IMG/VR virus record: IMGVR_UViG_3300020440_001284
Location: 1 to 38,761 of that record
Reading direction: 5' to 3' (one strand)
Source of the DNA: a virus
Lineage: Duplodnaviria; Caudoviricetes
Length of the DNA: 38,761 bases
Part shown: one piece after another, positions 16,376-26,091 of the stretch
Numbering within the stretch: position 1 is the stretch's first letter
Layout of the letters: every line of letters starts with the position of its first letter
The notes under the pieces: generated by a model
Database searches by the model: none
Told to the model about the DNA's origin: nothing
The model's input: the letters and a program-made list of their open reading frames with translations, nothing else
Position numbers and translations under genes: made by a program

Positions 16376-17349
16376 TCGAATCTTTCTCTCACCATTCTTA
16401 CAAACATCTTTACATTTTCTTCTGGTGTAGTTTTATGTATACCGTGTCCAAGTCCACATACCCAACTAGTACGGTCAACTGTTTGCATTGTATTAAGGAA
16501 TTCTTCAATGTGTGATCTACATTGTTCTCTTGGTAGTAACATTAATTTTTCGTCAAAGTTACCTTGTATAAATCCGTCTTTATATTTCTTAAATGTGTGT
16601 GTAATATCTACTGTACTGTCAACCCCTATACCTGCCCAACCCATTTTATAAAGTGTAGGTAAACATCTTTTATTCAAATGTTGAGTGTAGTAACCTGTAT
16701 CAGTTTGTATAAGTGGTTGTAATGTGTTTACGTAATCTTTTTTAAAATAGCTTTCACTCATATTGCCTACACCACTGTCAAGTATCATTACTTTTTCAGC
16801 ACCAGCATCTAATTGTAAATTTATGTTCTGTGTTAATACAGGCACAATAACTTCATTCATATATTGTGTCTTCCACTTTAAACTCATGTTAGGTTTTTTG
16901 CCAGTAGCATAATTTAACAGTGTCCAAGGACCTCCTACAAAACCTATTAAACTTTTCTTAGGATGTAATAGCTGTCTTGTGGCTGTAACAGCTCTTGCCT
17001 GAAACTGCATATGTTTAGTTGCTAGTTCTATGTTAGAATGATTTTTATAATTGTCTTCGTCTATATACCATTCAAATTTAGGCCCTGGATTAAATTCTAA
17101 AGGCACTCCTAATCCTTCAATTGGAAACAATATATCACTAAACAGAATTGCAATATCAAAATCAAACTGTTTAATTGGAAGCATTGCAACTTGTGCGGCT
17201 AGATTTGAGAGCTTGCACATTTGTTCAAATGTCCATTTCTCTTTCATTTCCATGTAACCTTTTTGATATCTGCCTGCTTGACGCATCATCCATATAGGTG
17301 GACAATTTTGTTTCACTTGATCACATGCATTTTTAAATTTATCGTTCAT
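16372..17349 (-). CDS. hemE: uroporphyrinogen decarboxylase
   Basis: PIWMMRQAGRY, AILFSDIL, LIGFVGGPWTL..Y, QGNFD, LGHGI..TP.ENV. Confidence 0.92.
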   Translation of the reverse strand: MNDKFKNACDQVKQNCPPIWMMRQAGRYQKGYMEMKEKWTFEQMCKLSNLAAQVAMLPIKQFDFDIAILFSDILFPIEGLGVPLEFNPGPKFEWYIDEDNYKNHSNIELATKHMQFQARAVTATRQLLHPKKSLIGFVGGPWTLLNYATGKKPNMSLKWKTQYMNEVIVPVLTQNINLQLDAGAEKVMILDSGVGNMSESYFKKDYVNTLQPLIQTDTGYYTQHLNKRCLPTLYKMGWAGIGVDSTVDITHTFKKYKDGFIQGNFDEKLMLLPREQCRSHIEEFLNTMQTVDRTSWVCGLGHGIHKTTPEENVKMFVRMVRERFE

Positions 17350-18112
17350 ATTGATATTTAATTATGTCACCTACTACTTGCTCAAAGTCATCTAGTCTAA
17401 GCATATTTGGACCGTCACTTGGCGAGTCATCAGGCACAGGGTGGACTTCGAGGAAGAAGGAAGAGATCCCAAGAGCAGACCCGCTACGAGCCAACCCAGG
17501 GACGTAATCACGATTGCCCCCACTACTAGTCCCCTGTCCTCCGGGTTTTTGGGCAGAGTGCGTACAATCAAACACGATATCATTGTCATAATTAGTGAGC
17601 ATATACATAAGCCCAGTGTAATCGACAACAAGAGTATTGTATCCAAAACTTGTACCTCTTTCAGTTATCCAAACTTCTTTCGCACCGTCTGTCTTACTTA
17701 ATATACCTTTGACATCCCAAGGTGCTAAGAACTGTCCCTTCTTAATATTTACTATTTTATCTGTGGCACATGCTTCTTGTATAAGATCTGTTTGTCTACA
17801 TAAAAATGCAGGTATCTGTAAAACGTCTACAGTGTGATTGAACCAGTTGCTTATATCTTTTATTTGTTGCGTTGTGTGTACGTCTGTAAGCGTTTTAACA
17901 CCCGTTTTGTCTTTGATCTTTTCAAAGGCTTGTAATGTTTGACCAAGTCCTACACCACGTTTACCTTGCATACTACTTCTATTTGCTTTATCAAAACTTG
18001 CTTTGAAAATATATTCGATGTTATGTAAATCGCAAACACGTTTACATTCTTCTGCGATTTGTAAACTTAATTCTAATGTTTCATGTTGGCATGGGCCTGC
18101 TATAATTCTCAT
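17339..18112 (-). CDS. kdsA: Kdo-8-phosphate synthase
   Basis: IAGPC, KASFDKANRSS, QIPAFLCRQTDL, KKGQFLAP, ERGTSFGY, THS.Q.PGG, SDGPN. Confidence 0.95.
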   Translation of the reverse strand: MRIIAGPCQHETLELSLQIAEECKRVCDLHNIEYIFKASFDKANRSSMQGKRGVGLGQTLQAFEKIKDKTGVKTLTDVHTTQQIKDISNWFNHTVDVLQIPAFLCRQTDLIQEACATDKIVNIKKGQFLAPWDVKGILSKTDGAKEVWITERGTSFGYNTLVVDYTGLMYMLTNYDNDIVFDCTHSAQKPGGQGTSSGGNRDYVPGLARSGSALGISSFFLEVHPVPDDSPSDGPNMLRLDDFEQVVGDIIKYQYER

Positions 18113-18381
18113 TTTGTTTCTTCCGTATCGTCTTTAACTGTGTAATACAAAATCATTAATCTATCTAATTGTTTTTTTACACTTGCATTACTTTCTGCAA
18201 TTTGCATTACATTTTTCCATTCGTCATAACTTACTATTCCTAATGCTCTTGCAGTCTTATCTGGATCACCACCTACGACCCATCTTGGAATATTATTATG
18301 TGGCGGGTCGCGATAACGAGCGTAAGTAACTCCGTCACTACGCTCATATATCAATGCTTCTCCTGGAAGAAGATTTCCCAT
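18109..18381 (-). CDS. conserved phage hypothetical protein
   Basis: 90 aa, translationally coupled on both sides; IYER.DG.TYAR. Confidence 0.7.
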   Translation of the reverse strand: MGNLLPGEALIYERSDGVTYARYRDPPHNNIPRWVVGGDPDKTARALGIVSYDEWKNVMQIAESNASVKKQLDRLMILYYTVKDDTEETK

Positions 18382-18734
18382 TACTTTGTTTTAGTGCCTT
18401 GTGATCGACGAACAATGTCGTCATGATTAAATTCGGCCCAGTACAGTTCAAAAGCGACACCGTCTTCTAAACCTTCGAACTGGTGAACTTTGCCAGGCTT
18501 CACTTGCGTAAAGTCCCCAGCCTCTAGAATGGTTTCATCTACCAAACCGTCCTGTACACCATCTTGCCAAACACGGACAAGCATCTTGCCCGATTCAACG
18601 TAGAATCCATTCCATTTAAATTGATGTTCATGTTCTGAACATTTGAATCCTGCTTTAAATTCAATTCGGTGAAATTCCAATACACCGTTTGCGTGGATCA
18701 ATTCAGTTTGACCCCAAATCTTACCTGCTTTCAT
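18381..18734 (-). CDS. cupin-domain protein (possible sugar isomerase)
   Basis: K.WG, CSEHEH..K...FYV.SG, PG.VHQF; start refined to ATG 18734. Confidence 0.8.
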   Translation of the reverse strand: MKAGKIWGQTELIHANGVLEFHRIEFKAGFKCSEHEHQFKWNGFYVESGKMLVRVWQDGVQDGLVDETILEAGDFTQVKPGKVHQFEGLEDGVAFELYWAEFNHDDIVRRSQGTKTK

Positions 18735-19240
18735 TAGAACAATTCTCCATATTTGATTACTTCTGTCTGACGTGTAATATCCTTGATAAAGAACGCACAC
18801 AATGGATCTTTTCCTTGCTCCATAGGAACACTTAAAAGTTGTCCGTTACGCATCTTTGGAAAGTACCATTTGACATCATTATAATAATTAATTACCTTTA
18901 CTTCTCCGAACTCTGCTTTGAAGCTGGCAAGTGGATTAAACAAAAAGGCTTCGAAACCTCTATCACCTATGCTTGTTAATGGAAGTATTTCTAAATCGTT
19001 TCCACTATCACTACAGCCTACAGCAATATGCCAGTCAATTGGCATTTGTATTTCTGTTTCACCTATTTTTAATACAACACCGGGTGAACTAAACGACTCT
19101 AAGAAAATTAAAGGTATGTAAAAGAAATCAGGATTGTTTGAATCCGAATTATCTAATACGCTAAAGCGTATATCTTCTTCAATTTGATCTGGTAAAGTGT
19201 TTAAATCTAGTGCAGTATTTTCTAATGTTAATATTTGCAT
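18734..19240 (-). CDS. conserved phage hypothetical protein
   Basis: 168 aa directly downstream of uvsW; beta-rich. Confidence 0.75.
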   Translation of the reverse strand: MQILTLENTALDLNTLPDQIEEDIRFSVLDNSDSNNPDFFYIPLIFLESFSSPGVVLKIGETEIQMPIDWHIAVGCSDSGNDLEILPLTSIGDRGFEAFLFNPLASFKAEFGEVKVINYYNDVKWYFPKMRNGQLLSVPMEQGKDPLCAFFIKDITRQTEVIKYGELF

Positions 19241-19244
19241 ATAT

Positions 19245-20708
19245 TTAATTCCAGTCTATTTTTTCGATTGTAAAAGGGTACTCTGCTTCTTTGTAAAACT
19301 TTTTACGCTGAGTTAGATGTCGCTTCGCAAACTTACATGTTGATGTAAGATCCCATATCTGTACGAAGTCTTTGTCTTTTGCCTTTCTTACGCCTCTACC
19401 GATAGATTGAATAACTCTCACAAAGCTCTTTCCAGGCTCAATGAGAACAAGATTAAAAATACGAGGTATGTTAAGACCAACGGCGGCCACACCATATGTC
19501 GCAATAATAACTTTATTATCTTCTTCTTTAATTTCGTCATAAGTTTCTTTTCTGTCTTTTACCTTTACACTACCACTTACAAATGTACTGTCTGGTATAA
19601 GCTCTGCTAACATTTCGCCTGCACTAATCCTATCTACTAAGATTAGAGTATTGCCTGATTGTGATACCTTGCTTAACAATTTAGAAATATATTCAATACG
19701 TTCTTTGTTTGTAACAAGATATTTTAGTTCTGATTGATAATCATTGTGTACTTGTGTATCTATTAATTGACAAATATTCACATGACACTGTGATAATACA
19801 CCTTTGTCTTGTAATTCTTTTGCTGTAATGTTTCCAATAACAGGACCAAGGCTTGCATGTATACTTTCAAATTCAAACTTTTCTTTTGGTATAGTACCAG
19901 TTAATCCCCAACGAATTGGTGCATTACGTAAGTTACGTGTTAGTAAGTTTTTAAGTACTTCTGCTTTTGCTTGGTGTACTTCGTCAATAATAATTGTGCT
20001 CACACCTTCAAGGAACTCTGCTAGTGATAACACTGCTGATCCATCTTTGTTTTTCTTGTCAAGTATGTTCAAACTTTGCCAAGTACAAATAGTGTGAGTT
20101 TTACCTAATTGTTTCCTATCACCAAAGTATACACCCACATCGAGTTTACAATTAATGTAGTCCTCTTCCGTTTGCTCGACGAGACTTTTATTGGGGACAA
20201 TCACAAGGCTACGCCCGTATCTCTCAGTCATGTGACTCAGTGTAGCTGTGGTGATAGTTTTGCCTGCTCCAGTAGCGATCTGTTGCAAGCTCTGTGGATT
20301 ATCAAGGAAGTTATTAATAGCTTCAACTTGGTAATCTCGCAGTATAATTTCTTCTCCTTCTGCAGGATGTCCTTTAGGCCAATATACTCCTTGGTCGGCC
20401 CAATATCGTTCTGTTACATGTGTAAATTGTAAATCAATAGGATGTCTTTTGTCAACAATGTCAACTATTTCGACACCTTGTTTGTGTAAGATATCGCTTA
20501 CAACGTTAAGATGATTTACGTATCCTGTGCCACCAATACCAAAGAAAGCAACTTTACCATCCCAACGTCCAAGTTTATACTGTGGCATATAACGTGCATA
20601 AGGAACTTCAAACTTAAGAGCGTTAGCTATTTTTCGTCGTACGTCTACTTCTAGTCCTTCTAGTTTTATATTAACCTCATCTTCGATAATTAATCTACAA
20701 GTCGGCAC
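19245..20708 (-). CDS. uvsW: SF2 DNA helicase, UvsW-like
   Basis: LRDYQ, ATGAGKT, IIDEVH, GLTGT, QSIGRGVR; probable GTG start at 20708 (track start 20735). Confidence 0.9.
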   Translation of the reverse strand: MPTCRLIIEDEVNIKLEGLEVDVRRKIANALKFEVPYARYMPQYKLGRWDGKVAFFGIGGTGYVNHLNVVSDILHKQGVEIVDIVDKRHPIDLQFTHVTERYWADQGVYWPKGHPAEGEEIILRDYQVEAINNFLDNPQSLQQIATGAGKTITTATLSHMTERYGRSLVIVPNKSLVEQTEEDYINCKLDVGVYFGDRKQLGKTHTICTWQSLNILDKKNKDGSAVLSLAEFLEGVSTIIIDEVHQAKAEVLKNLLTRNLRNAPIRWGLTGTIPKEKFEFESIHASLGPVIGNITAKELQDKGVLSQCHVNICQLIDTQVHNDYQSELKYLVTNKERIEYISKLLSKVSQSGNTLILVDRISAGEMLAELIPDSTFVSGSVKVKDRKETYDEIKEEDNKVIIATYGVAAVGLNIPRIFNLVLIEPGKSFVRVIQSIGRGVRKAKDKDFVQIWDLTSTCKFAKRHLTQRKKFYKEAEYPFTIEKIDWN

Positions 20709-21921
20709 GTATATATTTCCTCTCATTTCGGTCATAATAACCGTATGCAGTAGTATCGTATACTATCCGCAAATCCATATTATCTAAAAAGCCGCTTACA
20801 TGATTATATGTAAGTTTTGTTGCATTAAAAGTTAAACTTGTATTAGGCCTCCAAGTTTTATTAACTATCAATGATAACAAAGGCTTAGGTAATTTTATAC
20901 TACTAATATACACTACTTTTGTATCTTTGTCAACCATATTGTTAAGTTTTTGATTTTTAACATAATCATTAAAAGGATCTTCGCCGTCTTTTCTAAACAA
21001 TACTGACATCTGTTCGTTAGGAATAATATACTTCAATGCATTATGCATTTCAAAAAGAGTATCATGAGCAGTAGTATTGTCTAGCACAACTAACAAAGGC
21101 AATCTTTTTATTTCTATGATAGCTGATAGTAAATCGTCCATATTTGTAAGTTTACTGTTAAGCAAATGTGTTGCTTGGCTACGTTCAATGATCTTTCTAG
21201 ATAGATGACTGTATTTTTTTAAACTATATTGCACATCATGCTTATCCCATCTAGTCAACCCATACAAATAACGTCGGTCATAATACAATGCAAGGGTGTC
21301 ATAATCACATTCACCTAATTCTTCTTGTATATCTTGGATAGCCTTTTCAGGAATATTTTTCACAACATTATTATAGACGCCAGGTATGTAATCATCTTTA
21401 TTCTTGTCATAAATTAACAGTTGATTGTATATTTCTGTAATTTCTTTATGTATGCTAAACTTAGTATTGAATCTATTAGCAATTTCTACAAGTCCAAAAA
21501 TATTTCTATGAGTCAATTCAAAGAAATGTGTATTATCTTTATATGGCAAAGGTTCTCTGCCTTGAAGTCTACGTAGTTCTTCTACTCTATCAATAACCTT
21601 TTTATTGAAAGGGAATCTTATACCTAAGATAGATTGTCCGTTATATTCTAAAATTTTTATCCAGTGGGATCTATCAATTTCACGCAAAGGATATTTTAAA
21701 TTATCTAAAGAGTCAATATTGATATTGTTTTCTTGCCAGAACCTTTTATAGTTCAATAATCTTTGTTTGACTAATGCATACTGTCTATCAGTCAGTGCAA
21801 CCTTCTTAATTAACTGTCTATTCATACTTGTAAGTATGGTTTTATCTTCTATAGCTAACTTATTACTTGACACTAAAAAGGCAAGACAGTCTTCACATGT
21901 AGATGGATTCTCTATTTTCAT
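20695..21921 (-). CDS. hypothetical protein (408 aa) co-transcribed with uvsW
   Basis: long ORF with its own promoter; no catalytic motif recognised. Confidence 0.75.
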   Translation of the reverse strand: MKIENPSTCEDCLAFLVSSNKLAIEDKTILTSMNRQLIKKVALTDRQYALVKQRLLNYKRFWQENNINIDSLDNLKYPLREIDRSHWIKILEYNGQSILGIRFPFNKKVIDRVEELRRLQGREPLPYKDNTHFFELTHRNIFGLVEIANRFNTKFSIHKEITEIYNQLLIYDKNKDDYIPGVYNNVVKNIPEKAIQDIQEELGECDYDTLALYYDRRYLYGLTRWDKHDVQYSLKKYSHLSRKIIERSQATHLLNSKLTNMDDLLSAIIEIKRLPLLVVLDNTTAHDTLFEMHNALKYIIPNEQMSVLFRKDGEDPFNDYVKNQKLNNMVDKDTKVVYISSIKLPKPLLSLIVNKTWRPNTSLTFNATKLTYNHVSGFLDNMDLRIVYDTTAYGYYDRNERKYIRADL

Positions 21922-21927
21922 ATGTAT

Positions 21928-21956
21928 ATTATAACTTAAATTAACTTAGAAGTCAA
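21928..21956 (-). promoter_or_regulatory. sigma70 promoter, predicted leaderless mRNA
   Basis: TTGACT (21956-21951), 17 nt, TATAAT (21933-21928), 6 nt, ATG 21921. Confidence 0.8.
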
Positions 21957-22781
21957 GTGTTTAATGGGTATTCCTTGAGAAATTTCTTCAATAGTCCATT
22001 CGGTGTGTGCGTAATCATTGATCCATTTTGTTCTATCACAGTACAAAGGATTTTCGATGTTACGTAAATTTTGTTCAGAGACATCAAATGCTAAACTGCT
22101 AGGACCTGTAAATGCAGGCACTCCATTGATTACACTATGGATGCCAGGATTACTTGACCAACTGACTGTTGCCCAAATATTATCAAAGGACATGTCAAAA
22201 TCATCATAGGTATCTTTTACTTGTTTCGGTTGTTGTCTTTTAACATCTTTGAATTCGTGTTCGATAGCAGGTAGTGGACATCTAGGATGTGGTCTAAAAA
22301 TTATTGGTCTGCTTGTTTGAGATCGTATAAGTTGTATGGTATCTATCACCCATTCACTCATAGGCGGCATGTTTTTCCATTGTAAACTTTTATCGTGTTG
22401 ACCTGCTATAAGAATATATTCGCCATCATAACGCCAGGGTTTTAATTCTAATCCCAAAAGCCTAGCACGATCGTTATTATTGCCAGTAGAAAGATAATCC
22501 CCATCACGGTTGATGCCATTAAGTCCTACTTTCCATGTTGTACCTCTTTTGATTCCGCCAACTTCTAATACTATTGTTGGTCGTCCTTGTTCTTGGTTTC
22601 GTTGCCATATAGCTTGATTTCCAGCCATGCGACCATTGAATAGTACGCTCCAAATAACATCGATACCATCATCCCCATCATTAATACAATCATGGCCAAG
22701 AGCAATAGCCCCAGCACGAAAGGAATCAAAAACAGGTTTGCTGTTAAGTGCGCCATACGCAGTCCTTAGATTAAATTTCAT
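21936..22781 (-). CDS. GT-B-like capsule-synthesis (KpsC/KpsS-like) protein
   Basis: ILIAGQ..D.S, IIFRPHP, SSNPGI.SVI.GVP. Confidence 0.6.
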   Translation of the reverse strand: MKFNLRTAYGALNSKPVFDSFRAGAIALGHDCINDGDDGIDVIWSVLFNGRMAGNQAIWQRNQEQGRPTIVLEVGGIKRGTTWKVGLNGINRDGDYLSTGNNNDRARLLGLELKPWRYDGEYILIAGQHDKSLQWKNMPPMSEWVIDTIQLIRSQTSRPIIFRPHPRCPLPAIEHEFKDVKRQQPKQVKDTYDDFDMSFDNIWATVSWSSNPGIHSVINGVPAFTGPSSLAFDVSEQNLRNIENPLYCDRTKWINDYAHTEWTIEEISQGIPIKHLTSKLI

Positions 22782-23616
22782 TCCAATATGCTTCGTTACG
22801 ATTGCCCATTAAGTCTTTGCGTTTACTATGACCATCGTCTTTGCGAGCGCCTTTCATGTGATCAATCCATTTGCCTAGATCACTATTAATTAGTGGGTGT
22901 CCTCCGCCACCTGTCTTTGCGGTGTTTACATAAATGTTTTCACTATAGTCATGCACACTGGCATCTATATTTTTCATAAGATTAAGTATATGTCCAAACA
23001 CATAACTGTCGTGCCATTCTTCTAATTCGAAAATTCCGTTATCTGCATCTTCATAAAATCTTTCAAACTCTTTTAAGAACTGTATACACATTGGATGATT
23101 CGTATTCATACCATAGAAGCCACACTCTGGCCACGTTTGTGATCCTTTACCTCTACCAACATATGTAATCCATTTATCATTAGGTAATAGTTTAGCAAAA
23201 TCTTCATAACTCCAATCACTGTGTACAAATGTATCAGCATCCATCCATACTACCCAATCTTTATTGTTTTGACATGCATCAAACACTGCATAAGTTTTAT
23301 TAGCAAAACGTATTGCGTCCCATTTAAATTTTTTATGCCAGTCTCTTGGACGTTTTGCTTTTATATCATCTGGAGGAATACCATTGGCTTTATCAACATC
23401 GCCCCAACGTGCTTTGAAAGCATTTAATTTTGTTAACACCTGTTTCGCATCTATAATTTTGATTTGTTCATCGTTTGGATTATGCGGTTGGCAATCTTCT
23501 GCGTACACAATTAATTTTATTCTCGGATCAACTCTTTCTGAAAAACTATCCAAAAATCTTTGTCCATATTTTTCTAATCCTGGTTGATGAAATGTTGTTA
23601 ATACTGTTATTACCAT
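22771..23616 (-). CDS. GT-A fold nucleotide-diphospho-sugar transferase
   Basis: RFANK.YA, VWMDAD (DxD), ECGF, WHDS..F, H.KG; start refined to 23616. Confidence 0.7.
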   Translation of the reverse strand: MVITVLTTFHQPGLEKYGQRFLDSFSERVDPRIKLIVYAEDCQPHNPNDEQIKIIDAKQVLTKLNAFKARWGDVDKANGIPPDDIKAKRPRDWHKKFKWDAIRFANKTYAVFDACQNNKDWVVWMDADTFVHSDWSYEDFAKLLPNDKWITYVGRGKGSQTWPECGFYGMNTNHPMCIQFLKEFERFYEDADNGIFELEEWHDSYVFGHILNLMKNIDASVHDYSENIYVNTAKTGGGGHPLINSDLGKWIDHMKGARKDDGHSKRKDLMGNRNEAYWNEI

Positions 23617-24551
23617 GCCCAATTCCTCATATGTCTCCAACACTCTCCTGAGCGTACTTCTGATAGTGTCCAATGGAACATTGCAAGTCTACGTAACCAA
23701 GCTTCTCTATCAAAATCATAACAAGGAGATTCAATGTCTCTAATATACCTATTAGCAACTTCAGATGATTGACTTCTATTAGGATCAAGCACAAAGATAG
23801 GAACGCCTTCTATTGCGGCTATTACTGCTGGACTGCTATTGTAACTGATAACAGCATATGCATCGTGTAGATCTTTGAGTAGTGTACTTGTTGGAGAACT
23901 AATATCTACTTTGTGTCCGATAGCACGTAATTGCTGTACATGCTTGCTCATCTTTTTATCACCTGGATGAAACCTTACTAATACTTTTCTATCTGTAAAT
24001 CTTCTAAGGTCTTGCAATAGCACATGAAGCCAATTAATAACAGAAAGTCCGTCCATGCTCCAACCCATATCTCGTTGGCATGTAATTAGAATATAATCAC
24101 CATGTTTTTTAAATGGCTTTAATGTTAATCCAAGATTATCTCTTAAATTTGCCCAACGCTGTGGATAAATTTTATTATCACAATATTCACCTGTGTTAGG
24201 AAATATACCATCATAGCTATAACGCAAATATGTCTTAGTATTACCTGGGTCATATGCTAAAAATAAATTACTATCTGCAATAATTGTCCTACGCCCAATT
24301 TCTTTTTGTCCATCTAACACTGCACGTCTTAGATTCAAATGCGGTACATGTTTACTTTGTGGATGTACAAATCCTTGTAGCACTGCAACATCTGATGGTT
24401 CATATGTATTAGAAGTAATTATGAGTCCTTTATCTCCTGAGTTATGTACACCTTGTACAAAATACTCTAATAGTTTTGGCTTTTCTGGATTTTTATTTCC
24501 AGGAGGGATTGCATTCATATATGCATTTACTTTAAAAACTCTATCAGTCAT
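23610..24551 (-). CDS. GT-B-like capsule-synthesis (KpsC/KpsS-like) protein
   Basis: ILITCQ, VRFHPGD, YNSSPAV.AAIEGVP. Confidence 0.6.
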   Translation of the reverse strand: MTDRVFKVNAYMNAIPPGNKNPEKPKLLEYFVQGVHNSGDKGLIITSNTYEPSDVAVLQGFVHPQSKHVPHLNLRRAVLDGQKEIGRRTIIADSNLFLAYDPGNTKTYLRYSYDGIFPNTGEYCDNKIYPQRWANLRDNLGLTLKPFKKHGDYILITCQRDMGWSMDGLSVINWLHVLLQDLRRFTDRKVLVRFHPGDKKMSKHVQQLRAIGHKVDISSPTSTLLKDLHDAYAVISYNSSPAVIAAIEGVPIFVLDPNRSQSSEVANRYIRDIESPCYDFDREAWLRRLAMFHWTLSEVRSGECWRHMRNWAW

Positions 24552-25407
24552 ATAACTTCATCTCCTCTATCATTTTGAGGGCAACACCTCTGTTAATTTC
24601 ATCTAAGCTATATTGACAATATGATAGATAGTGTAACAGGTTTTTAAACTCTGCTTCATCTGGATATACTGCTTCTTCAATTTTACTAAGATCTTTCATA
24701 GCAACACTATCTACACAGCTAGGAGCAAGTGTAAATGCTGGAATACCGTAATGCATTGCTTCTAGTGCCGCCATACTTTGATACGTAACAACTGCATAAA
24801 TTTGATCTCTAGCACACTGAGCCGCTACTGTATTTTCTTTAATTCTATTAGGACGTAAACCTTTTTCTCTAATTACGATAGGTCGATCTGTATATTTTTT
24901 AATCTCTGTTATTGTTTCTTCTACCCAAGACTTTTTATCAAGATTATAAAATTGGCATGGCTTATCACTTGGTGTTACAAGTAGTATAGGGCCAGATTGT
25001 TTTCCTTTTCTACCATAATAGTGCATGTATGGAGCAAACTTACACAATGATTGAAATCTGTCTCCAGGCATATTAGGCTTGATTTTTATATGTTGTATAT
25101 TGTTTTTTACAACTCTATAAAAATGTTTTTTCTTCATTAGGTTACCCATGTACCCGTTGTCTATATAATAAAAAGGTCTGCCTGTTTCCCAACATTTATA
25201 AATTTCTTTACGTTTTGTCATACTACGAAATGCGACAGGAATATGATTAGGCCAAGGGCTTTCACTTACCTTACTACAAATTTCTTTTCGATCAATTACA
25301 AGTGCATTAGTACCATGTTGCCAATGCTTCATGATTTCGTCATCACCGTTTAACATCAACATAGTTGGTTCTACAGTGTCGTCTTGCTTTTTGACGTACC
25401 TTTCCAT
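24544..25407 (-). CDS. GT-B-like protein, paralog of neighbours
   Basis: FYYIDNGY.GN, ILLVTPS, IVIREK, TYQSMAALEA..YGIP. Confidence 0.55.
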   Translation of the reverse strand: MERYVKKQDDTVEPTMLMLNGDDEIMKHWQHGTNALVIDRKEICSKVSESPWPNHIPVAFRSMTKRKEIYKCWETGRPFYYIDNGYMGNLMKKKHFYRVVKNNIQHIKIKPNMPGDRFQSLCKFAPYMHYYGRKGKQSGPILLVTPSDKPCQFYNLDKKSWVEETITEIKKYTDRPIVIREKGLRPNRIKENTVAAQCARDQIYAVVTYQSMAALEAMHYGIPAFTLAPSCVDSVAMKDLSKIEEAVYPDEAEFKNLLHYLSYCQYSLDEINRGVALKMIEEMKLYD

Positions 25408-25410
25408 ATA

Positions 25411-26091
25411 TTATACCTCGTCTTCCATCATGTTATACAATTCTGTTTTCCATTCGGCATGGAATTCACAGTCCCTATAATTTTCAAACCAAGGTCCACC
25501 TTCTGTATAATGGATAAGTTTTGGCTTGTCAATATCGTTATATACACCTACTAGATAATTCCATGTATGGTCTATACTTCCAATCTCTTCATCTTTTAAC
25601 CAACTAAATCTATGTAGGTATGCACCGTTTATTTCTGTATTATTTACAAAGTCTTTTGTTACAACTTTGTTACTAGGATGTCCACAATTCCATAATACCA
25701 TTGAGCTCCAATTTTTACGAGGATATATTGTTTGTTTTTGTCCGTCCATTTTGGTATCTTCTGTAACTTTGTAATCATGTTGTACACACATTACAGCATA
25801 TTTGTCATCTGCTTGTTCAAATAGTTCTTTGATATCTGTTGTAAGTATCATATCACTATCCATAAACACTGCCCAACCTTCATAGTTGGTAAGTTCTGGA
25901 ATAAGGAAACGTGTAAAAGTAAATTCTGTTGATGCTAATTTATCAATAGGTCTTGAATACCAACCAGTGTCTCTTAGCTCTTGTTGTTTTAATGGACGTA
26001 CATCTACGTCTTTGTTTCTTGCAATAATACTGTGCTTACATACTTGGTATGCAATATCTTCTCTTGTGTCATAACCTATGAATACTTTCAT
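25411..26091 (-). CDS. GT-A glycosyltransferase (GT8/CDI-like)
   Basis: VFIGYD.RE, STEFTFTRFL.P, FMDSDM, YPRKNWSS, HYTEGGPWF. Confidence 0.85.
   Translation of the reverse strand: MKVFIGYDTREDIAYQVCKHSIIARNKDVDVRPLKQQELRDTGWYSRPIDKLASTEFTFTRFLIPELTNYEGWAVFMDSDMILTTDIKELFEQADDKYAVMCVQHDYKVTEDTKMDGQKQTIYPRKNWSSMVLWNCGHPSNKVVTKDFVNNTEINGAYLHRFSWLKDEEIGSIDHTWNYLVGVYNDIDKPKLIHYTEGGPWFENYRDCEFHAEWKTELYNMMEDEV

Noticed and set aside
15701-18112. Host chromosomal contamination (kdsA, hemE, kdsB)
   Set aside because: The genes overlap flanking phage-type ORFs, share their composition and strand, and sit between uvsW and the clamp-loader-like gene.
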